A DNA stretch of 41,328 nucleotides, from NCBI GenBank assembly GCA_009839635.1, contig VXPJ01000002.1, positions 1-41,328 of the forward strand, written 5' to 3'. This stretch comes from Pseudomonadota bacterium. Its GTDB lineage: Bacteria > Pseudomonadota > Gammaproteobacteria > UBA4575. The notes below the pieces were generated by a model. The model searched no databases. It saw nothing but the letters and a program-made list of their open reading frames with translations, and was not told the DNA's origin. The translations under genes were made by a program, and so were the position numbers. Of the stretch, positions 35,005 through 41,328 are shown piece by piece (within the stretch, counting starts at the first letter, position 1; each line of letters begins with the position of its first letter).

Positions 35005-36357
35005 TTAAAGAAGCATCCAGGTAGCCAGCCCAAGAAAGGCAAAAATTCCGATTACGTCTGTAATCGTGGTCAGGATGACACCGCCTGCCAGTGCAGGATC
35101 GATGTTCAGGTTGCGTAAAATTACCGGGATCGACACGCCCGCAAGTGCTGCACACAGCAGGTTTGCCATGGTTGCGGCCGCGATAACCCCACCCATCTTG
35201 AGGTCCTTGAACCACAGGACGACGACCAGCGCGACAATGATGGCCCATGTCATCCCGTTCAAAAACCCGACGGCGAGTTCCTTGAACAGCAACAGCTTGG
35301 AATTGCTGCGCCCGATCTGGCCCAGTGCCAGGCCCCGGATCACCAGGGTCAGTGTCTGGAAGCCGGCTATGCCCCCCATGCTTGCGACCACAGGGATCAG
35401 TATTGCCAGTATGATGATTTTTTCCAGGGTCACCTGAAACAGGCTGATGACCCAAGCCGCCAGGAAAGCGGTCAGCAAATTGACACCCAGCCAGACGGTG
35501 CGTCGTTGTGTAGATGCAACAACGGGTGCGAACAAATCCTCTTCTTCCGACAAACCCGCCATGCTGAACACGGAATGTTCAGCCTCCTCCCGGATGACAT
35601 CCACGACGTCATCCACAGTAATGCGGCCAATCAGCTTGTTGTCTTCATCGACAACGGCAGCAGAAACCAGGTCGAGGTCCTCGAATGACTTTGCAACCAG
35701 AGAGGCCTCCGTGTTGGCATCGAATGCGCGTACATCGTCCTCAAGCACATCCCGTACCAGATTTGTAGGCTTGCTTGTCAGGACTTTTGAGAGTGGAAGT
35801 GCGCCAATATAGCGTTCGTAGCGATCGACAACGAATAGCGAGTCTGTTCCATCAGGGAGCGCACCCCGGCTTCGCAGGTAGCGCAGTACAACATCAAGCG
35901 TGACGTCATGGCGCACGGTGACCACGTCGGTATTCATCAGGCCGCCGGCAGTATTTTCATCATAGGACAACACGGCTTCCAGGCGCTGGCGGTCCTGATG
36001 GTCCATGCTGGCCAACGCTTGCTGTGTAACCGTATGGGGCAGGTCAACGAGCAGGTCTGCAAGATCATCTATTTCCAGACCCTCGGTTGCCGCCACCAGG
36101 GCTTCGCTGTCCATAAGCCTGATCAGGCCGCTGCGAACTTCTTCGCCAACGTTCAGCAGGATTTCCCCATCATCGGAGTCGAGCATGTTCCAGACAATGA
36201 TGCGTTGTGAGTGGGGAAGTGCTTCCAGCAGGTTGGCAATTTCAGCCGGATGCAGCCCATTCAGCATGCGTCTGGCACGCTGCATGGTTCCCGTCTTGAA
36301 GGCCTCACTGATAACCTTCAGGGTCTGGTTTTGCGTCTGTAGAGCAGTGTCAGGCAT
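35005..36357 (-). CDS. mgtE: Magnesium transporter MgtE.
   Basis: 450 aa with an N-domain, tandem CBS region and 5-TM C-terminal domain, ending ...TTITDVIGIFAFLGLATWMLL. Confidence 0.9.
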   Translation of the reverse strand: MPDTALQTQNQTLKVISEAFKTGTMQRARRMLNGLHPAEIANLLEALPHSQRIIVWNMLDSDDGEILLNVGEEVRSGLIRLMDSEALVAATEGLEIDDLADLLVDLPHTVTQQALASMDHQDRQRLEAVLSYDENTAGGLMNTDVVTVRHDVTLDVVLRYLRSRGALPDGTDSLFVVDRYERYIGALPLSKVLTSKPTNLVRDVLEDDVRAFDANTEASLVAKSFEDLDLVSAAVVDEDNKLIGRITVDDVVDVIREEAEHSVFSMAGLSEEEDLFAPVVASTQRRTVWLGVNLLTAFLAAWVISLFQVTLEKIIILAILIPVVASMGGIAGFQTLTLVIRGLALGQIGRSNSKLLLFKELAVGFLNGMTWAIIVALVVVLWFKDLKMGGVIAAATMANLLCAALAGVSIPVILRNLNIDPALAGGVILTTITDVIGIFAFLGLATWMLL

Positions 36358-36449
36358 TGGTTGAACGGTCTATGGTTGCGGAGATGGGTGGCAAGTGTAA
36401 CTGCTTTGGCAACCTCCTGCCAAAGCCGGTACTCCCGGGTTTGGCGGAG

Positions 36450-38180
36450 CTAGCCGTTCAGTGTATCAACCAGGGAAGTGATTCTGGTGGGCACGGTGGT
36501 GTTCAGGATTTTCCTTGCAGGTTTTTCCAGTTCTGAGATACGGCTTCGGTTGACAATCTGTTTGATCTCCAGAAGGTTGGAGGGGTGTGTGCTGAATTCC
36601 TGCAGTCCGAGACCAAGCAGAAGTCGGGTATAGCGCGGATCTCCCGCCATTTCCCCGCACATCGCAACCGGAATTTTGGCATGACGGCCAGCGCGCAGAG
36701 TCAGGTCAACCAGTTTCAGTACGGAGGGGTGCAGTGGGTCGTACAGGTAGTTTACCTGGTCATCGATCCGGTCAATGGCAAGCGTGTATTGAATCAAGTC
36801 ATTGGTACCGATGGACAGGAAGTCGAGCTGTTTTGCGAAAATATGGGCAGACAGGGCTGCTGCAGGGACTTCGATCATGGCACCGACAGGAGTGTCCTGG
36901 TCATAGGCGTACTGCTCGTTCTCCAGCTCCTGTTTGGCCTGCTCAAGAATGGATAATGCTTGAACCAGTTCGGCATGACTGGTGATCATGGGCAACAGAA
37001 TACGGACAGGCCCGCTGGAAGACGCCCGTAAAATTGCACGCAACTGCTGCTTGAACAGGTTGATGTCCTTCAGGGATCTGCGAATCGCACGTAAACCCAA
37101 TGCAGGGTTCTGTGTGAGGGGTCCCTGGAAATTGGGATCAAATTCCTTCTCGGCGCCCAGGTCCAGGGTTCGGATCGTCAGGGGCTTGCCTTTCAGTGCA
37201 CGAATGATTTTCCGGTAGGCATTCAGCTGTTCGGCTTCATCTGCCGGTTCTTCGCGGTCGATATAGAGAAATTCCGTGCGGTACAGCCCCACACCGTCTG
37301 CTCCGGACTGCCTGAGTGCAATCATGTCTTCGGCAAGCTCGATGTTGGCCTGCAGGCTGATTCGCAGGCCATCGCGCGTCTTGGCCGAGACATCGCGCAA
37401 GGCCCGCAACTTGCGTCGCGCTTCCTTTTCCTTGCGTTGTCTCAGTTGATAGCTCCTGATGGTTTTCTTGTCCGCACCGGCCAGCACCATGCCACTGCTG
37501 CCGTCGATGATGATCTGTTCTTTCTGTCGCAGCAGTGAGCGTGCACCCTGTACACCAACCACGGCCGGGATTCCCAGGCTGCGGGCCAGAATCGCGGTGT
37601 GGGAAAGGGGTCCGCCGAGTTCAGTGATAAAGCCTGCAATGCTCTGGGTTTGCATCAAGACGGTATCTGCTGGCGTGAGGTCATCAGCCACAATGATGCG
37701 GCCTTTCAGGGGCTGTGCATCGACCTGCACCGTGTACTGCTGGTCTTTCAGAATTTGCTGGATCAGATTGATCACGTGCTCGACATCGTTGATACGGGTG
37801 CGAAGATAGTCATCCTCCATCTGTTCAAAGGCCGAAATCAGCTTGTCATGCTGTATTTTCAGCGCCCATTCGGCATTACAGCGTTGTTTGCGGATGATCC
37901 CGGCTGGCACTTTGCGAAGCATGGAATCCTTGAGCATGAGGATGTGTGAGTCAATGAATGCAGCAACATCTGTCGGCGTGTCTTCAGGAATGGTGTCACG
38001 GATGCTGCGCAGATGGTTGCTGGCTTCATCAACGGCATGCCGGAAACGTTCGACTTCCGATTTGATGTCATCTTTCTTGAGTCGGTGCTCGAACACCTCG
38101 GGTGTACCGCGATTGAGCAGATGCACGCCCCCTATGGCAATGCCCTTTGATACATCGATTCCGGAGACGATTAATGCCAT
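36450..38180 (-). CDS. ptsI: Phosphoenolpyruvate-protein phosphotransferase (PTS Enzyme I; no GAF domain).
   Basis: 576 aa with the phospho-His region GGPLSHTAILARSLGIPAVVG and the PEP-utilising C-terminal TIM barrel (GTNDLIQYTLA, CGEMAGDP). Confidence 0.9.
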   Translation of the reverse strand: MALIVSGIDVSKGIAIGGVHLLNRGTPEVFEHRLKKDDIKSEVERFRHAVDEASNHLRSIRDTIPEDTPTDVAAFIDSHILMLKDSMLRKVPAGIIRKQRCNAEWALKIQHDKLISAFEQMEDDYLRTRINDVEHVINLIQQILKDQQYTVQVDAQPLKGRIIVADDLTPADTVLMQTQSIAGFITELGGPLSHTAILARSLGIPAVVGVQGARSLLRQKEQIIIDGSSGMVLAGADKKTIRSYQLRQRKEKEARRKLRALRDVSAKTRDGLRISLQANIELAEDMIALRQSGADGVGLYRTEFLYIDREEPADEAEQLNAYRKIIRALKGKPLTIRTLDLGAEKEFDPNFQGPLTQNPALGLRAIRRSLKDINLFKQQLRAILRASSSGPVRILLPMITSHAELVQALSILEQAKQELENEQYAYDQDTPVGAMIEVPAAALSAHIFAKQLDFLSIGTNDLIQYTLAIDRIDDQVNYLYDPLHPSVLKLVDLTLRAGRHAKIPVAMCGEMAGDPRYTRLLLGLGLQEFSTHPSNLLEIKQIVNRSRISELEKPARKILNTTVPTRITSLVDTLNG

Positions 38181-38204
38181 AGTGAAACAGTGTTCTTGGA
38201 TACC

Positions 38205-38474
38205 TTATCCATCTTCATCAAAAAAATTGTTGACCAGATTTTCGATGGAGGCCATGGCTTCCTCCTCATCAGTCCCTGAGGCGGTAACCGTTACTTTTGA
38301 ATGCTGACTTGCCGCCAGCATCATGACCCCCATGATACTTTTCCCGTTGACTTCCCTGGAGTCCTTCTCGACCAGTATTTCGCTTTCGAAAGTCGATGCC
38401 AATGCCACCAGCTTTGCTGCGGCGCGTGCATGCAAACCTAGCTTGTTGAGTATGGTCAGTTCCTTGCTGAGCAC
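38205..38474 (-). CDS. ptsH: HPr/NPr phosphocarrier protein.
   Basis: 89 aa, with LGLHARAAAKL (His15) and GKSIMGVMML (Ser46 region). Confidence 0.9.
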   Translation of the reverse strand: MLSKELTILNKLGLHARAAAKLVALASTFESEILVEKDSREVNGKSIMGVMMLAASQHSKVTVTASGTDEEEAMASIENLVNNFFDEDG

Positions 38475-38479
38475 GTGCT

Positions 38480-38878
38480 TTATCTCTTGGGACTGCAGTC
38501 GACAATACCGTCATGTGCACCGCTCAGGGCTTTTTCTGCAAGCTTGTCCAAATCCAAATTTGGATAGTTCATAGTACGAATCAGCATAGGCAGACTGAGT
38601 CCGGCCAGCACACGTACCTCCCCCAATGCATCCAGCTGGTTGCAGATGTTGCTTGGGGTTGAGCCGAATATGTCAGTCAGAATCAGTACCCCGTCTCCCT
38701 GGTCAATCTCGGTACAGAGTTTTCGTGCTGCCGAAAGCAGTTCATCCGTATTGCTGGTCTCTGTCACGGCAAGTGCTCTGCAAACCAGAGGCAGTGGTGC
38801 ATCGAGCATGGATTCGGCCGTACCGAGCAACTCATGCCCCAGGTTGCCATGTGTGACAGTAAGTATTGAGACCGCCAT
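38480..38878 (-). CDS. PTS EIIA component, mannose/fructose family.
   Basis: 132 aa, ILTVTHGNLG (phospho-His) ...GVLILTDIFGSTPSN. Confidence 0.8.
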   Translation of the reverse strand: MAVSILTVTHGNLGHELLGTAESMLDAPLPLVCRALAVTETSNTDELLSAARKLCTEIDQGDGVLILTDIFGSTPSNICNQLDALGEVRVLAGLSLPMLIRTMNYPNLDLDKLAEKALSGAHDGIVDCSPKR

Positions 38879-38879
38879 A

Positions 38880-39743
38880 TCAGTATTTCAGGTCCCTGTG
38901 CCGGACCAGCACATGCATGTCTGCAGACGTTCTAAAGCGGTCTGCCAGAAACTCTGTGATGTGTACCGAGCGGTGTTGGCCACCGGTGCAGCCGATGGAA
39001 ACACTCAGATAATTGCGGCTTTCCCTGGAAAAATGCGGCGCCCAGTACTCGATGAAATCACCAATCGAAGCAATCATTTGCCGTACTTCTTCATGGGACT
39101 GAAGATAGTCAATGACTTCCGGGTGCTTTCCGCTGAGGCTGCGCAGGTGCTGCTCCCAGTACGGATTGGGCAAAAAGCGCACATCGAAAACGTAATTTGA
39201 ATCATTCGGGACACTGTACTTAAAGCCAAACGACTGTAATAGCAGGGTCAGTGTCGCTGACCGGTTTCTGCACACCCGGTCTGTAATGACAGAACGCAAC
39301 TGCCGCACATTGGTCGAGGTGGTGTCAATGCAGACATCTGCAAGCAGGACAACTTCTGAAAGGATCTGTTTTTCCGTTTGAATGGCATCAATCAGCGACA
39401 ATCCTTTTTGAGTAAACGGATGCTTGCGGCCGGTTTCATTGTATCGCTGTATCAGTGTCTGGTCACTGGCCTCCAGATAGACAAGCTCCAGGTCAATGTC
39501 TTGCTGCCTGAATTCCTTGATGATATTTGGAAACGCATGAATGTCTTGGCTGACGTTACGTGCATCTACACCGATGGCAATTTTTTCATAAGGAACCGGA
39601 GAGGTTGCAGTGAACTGCTCAATGCAGACAGGCAGCATGTTCAGGGGCATGTTATCGATGCAGTAAAAATCATTATCCTCAAGGGTATTGATTGCGACCG
39701 TTTTCCCCGAACCTGACAGGCCACTCACAACGACTAGTTTCAT
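38880..39743 (-). CDS. rapZ: RNase adapter protein RapZ (YhbJ).
   Basis: MKLVVVSGLSGSGKTVAINTLEDNDFYCIDNMP, ...FLPNPYW..., CTGGQHRSV. Confidence 0.9.
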   Translation of the reverse strand: MKLVVVSGLSGSGKTVAINTLEDNDFYCIDNMPLNMLPVCIEQFTATSPVPYEKIAIGVDARNVSQDIHAFPNIIKEFRQQDIDLELVYLEASDQTLIQRYNETGRKHPFTQKGLSLIDAIQTEKQILSEVVLLADVCIDTTSTNVRQLRSVITDRVCRNRSATLTLLLQSFGFKYSVPNDSNYVFDVRFLPNPYWEQHLRSLSGKHPEVIDYLQSHEEVRQMIASIGDFIEYWAPHFSRESRNYLSVSIGCTGGQHRSVHITEFLADRFRTSADMHVLVRHRDLKY

Positions 39744-39749
39744 CAGTGC

Positions 39750-40286
39750 TTACTGCATCAGTTTTTTCTGGCGATCGCTGAAGTCCTTGCTGGCAACATA
39801 GCCACGCTTGCTGAGCGACCGTGAACGTGTGGCAGCCTCAACCAGGACGGCAAGATTTCTGTTCGGGGCCACAGGAAGGACGATCGTGGGGATATCCACG
39901 CCTCGCACACAGGTATTGCTTTCAGGAGACTCCATCCGGTACTCGGCGTTTGAAGATGTCTGGTCGCCCGCCCGCAACTTGATGATCAATTCTAGGTGTT
40001 GACTTGATTGAACTGCTTCATCCCCGTACATCTCGCGTATATTTAATATCCCCAATCCACGTACTTCAAGAAAGTTTTGTAGTGCATCCGGGCAGGTTCC
40101 AAGAATCGTATTCCGTGCAATTCGAGTAAATTCCGGGGCATCATCGGCAATCAGTCGGTGCCCCCTGCTGATGAGATCCAGAGCAAGTTCACTTTTGCCC
40201 AGACCACTTTGTCCCGCGAGCAACACACCAGTCCCTGCAATTTCCATGAACACGCCATGCAATATGGGCATTTCAGCAAACCTCAT
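39750..40286 (-). CDS. hprK: Short-form HPr kinase/phosphorylase (C-terminal catalytic domain only).
   Basis: 178 aa, with P-loop GQSGLGKSELALDLISRGHRLIADD and the signature EVRGLGILNI. Confidence 0.85.
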   Translation of the reverse strand: MRFAEMPILHGVFMEIAGTGVLLAGQSGLGKSELALDLISRGHRLIADDAPEFTRIARNTILGTCPDALQNFLEVRGLGILNIREMYGDEAVQSSQHLELIIKLRAGDQTSSNAEYRMESPESNTCVRGVDIPTIVLPVAPNRNLAVLVEAATRSRSLSKRGYVASKDFSDRQKKLMQ

Positions 40287-40448
40287 TGCCAGAAAATTCA
40301 GTCATTGTGCAGTCAATTCGTCACCGCCAAGAGCGAGACAAAAAACAGGGAGATCATGTGTCTTGGCCGGTTTCCCAAATTTCCCTCAGATCTTAGGACA
40401 TTGAGGTGAGACAGGAGCTCGGTTTGCAGGGAATTTTCGTCTATAGGA

Positions 40449-40916
40449 TCAGGACACGAGGCGTTCCGGGCCTTGGCAAAGCAAGTTGTAAAGACATTCT
40501 GCATGACTGCATTTTTCTATCGATTGCCGGACTTGGTCATTTCCCAGAAGCTTGGCTAGACCAGACAACAGCTGGAGTTGTTCATCCTTGGCATTTTCAG
40601 GTACCACCATGCAAAACAAAAAATTAACAGCCAGGCCGTCAGCAGATTCAAATTCAACCCCCTCATCCAGCTTGAGCATGGCTGCGTAGATATTTTCGAT
40701 TTCTGCCAGCCGGCAATGCGGGATTGCAATTCCTTTACCTAGTCCTGTGCTGCCGAGTTTCTCACGTGCCAGCAAGGCATCCAGCACCTTGTTTTTGGTC
40801 AAATCCGAATGCTGCTGTGCAAGAGATTCACTGAGAAGTTCCAGCGCCCTTTTTTTACTGCTGACAGATGTGGCAAATATCACTCCTTTCTCAGAGATGT
40901 AGTCTTTGAGGAGCAT
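40449..40916 (-). CDS. ptsN: Nitrogen-regulatory PTS EIIA(Ntr).
   Basis: 155 aa, GSTGLGKGIAIPHCR phospho-His motif. Position is after hpf. Confidence 0.9.
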   Translation of the reverse strand: MLLKDYISEKGVIFATSVSSKKRALELLSESLAQQHSDLTKNKVLDALLAREKLGSTGLGKGIAIPHCRLAEIENIYAAMLKLDEGVEFESADGLAVNFLFCMVVPENAKDEQLQLLSGLAKLLGNDQVRQSIEKCSHAECLYNLLCQGPERLVS

Positions 40917-40934
40917 AACTCAAGATCCCGGATG

Positions 40935-41255
40935 TCAGTAGTTTGTACGATGCCTCACTTCGCTTTGGTGATGGTCTTTTAGCTTTTCCTTGTGCTTGAC
41001 GATCTGCCGATCCAGTTTATCTACCAGGGAGTCCACAGCTGCATACATGCCTTCATTGTATGAATTTGCAAAAATCTTGCTGCCACTTACCTGCAGGGAG
41101 GCTTCCGCCTTGTGGGTGAGCTTTTCAACAGTCAGGACGACGTGAACATTGATCACCTGCTCAAAGTGTCTGGTTAGCCGCTTGAATTTCTTTTCTACGT
41201 GATTCCTCAGGGCGTCGGTCACTTTGAGATGATGGCCAGTTATATTTATTCGCAT
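40935..41255 (-). CDS. hpf: Ribosome hibernation promoting factor (short HPF/YhbH).
   Basis: MRINITGHHLKVTDALRNHVEKKF...; the ATG at 41255 is preceded by AAGAGGA. The track ORF starts 6 codons upstream. Confidence 0.9.
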   Translation of the reverse strand: MRINITGHHLKVTDALRNHVEKKFKRLTRHFEQVINVHVVLTVEKLTHKAEASLQVSGSKIFANSYNEGMYAAVDSLVDKLDRQIVKHKEKLKDHHQSEVRHRTNY

Positions 41256-41328
41256 GATTATTCCTCTTGGCACCGTTAACAGTTAAGCATAGAAGTGGTG
41301 AGATTGAAACTTTCACCCAGGCTGCCGG

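Noticed and set aside
40313-40504. 63-aa minus-strand ORF spanning the ptsN-hprK gap.
   Set aside because: It overlaps the 3' end of ptsN in another frame and has no motif or SD, so it is probably spurious. The gap itself is noted in the findings.
1-41328. Search for a CRISPR array to go with the Cas6-like gene.
   Set aside because: No intergenic region exceeds ~280 bp, and I saw no regularly spaced direct repeats in any of them. By-eye scanning cannot exclude very short or degenerate arrays, but none is evident.
41313-41328. Possible 3' end of rpoN (minus-strand frame ...RQPG-stop) upstream of hpf.
   Set aside because: Only 5 codons are visible, which is far too short to support a call. 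Synteny makes it plausible, nothing more.

Overview
This window looks like a chromosomal segment (roughly 50% GC by eye) of a sulfur-oxidising proteobacterium. NrdAB resembles the Pseudomonas type and the metG/apbC/dcd order matches Pseudomonas, so Gammaproteobacteria is the most likely class. The core is a complete oxidative-type dsr locus, dsrABEFHCMKJOPNR (5761-16458, + strand). dsrL is not between dsrK and dsrJ; it sits upstream on the opposite strand and is cut by the window edge (1-1523). Directly after dsrR come a soluble HAMP-GAF histidine kinase, a NarL-type response regulator and a rhodanese.

Between dsrL and dsrA lies an accessory block on the minus strand. It encodes a TauD/TfdA-like dioxygenase, a ~58-aa acidic peptide, an orphan Cas6/Cmx6-like RAMP protein and a DsrC/TusE paralogue that has lost both functional cysteines. 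Two small unknown proteins and a plus-strand PKHD/PiuC-type hydroxylase flank it. I consider this block the most interesting candidate for an undescribed system.

The rest of the window contains:
- an S24 (UmuD'-like) domain protein divergent from nrdAB, with a consensus NrdR box between them;
- an SDR, a BtuB-like TonB-dependent receptor and a PduO-type adenosyltransferase;
- a tightly packed minus-strand array, metG - RnfB-like ferredoxin - nth - DoxX - DUF692 (MNIO) - DUF2063, which is a RiPP-maturation trio with no visible precursor gene;
- apbC, dcd and mgtE;
- the rpoN-distal regulatory PTS cluster hpf-ptsN-hprK-rapZ-EIIA(Man)-NPr-EI.

I saw no rRNA, tRNA, transposase, integrase or CRISPR array. 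All calls rest on reading the supplied translations and the DNA by eye; no searches were run.
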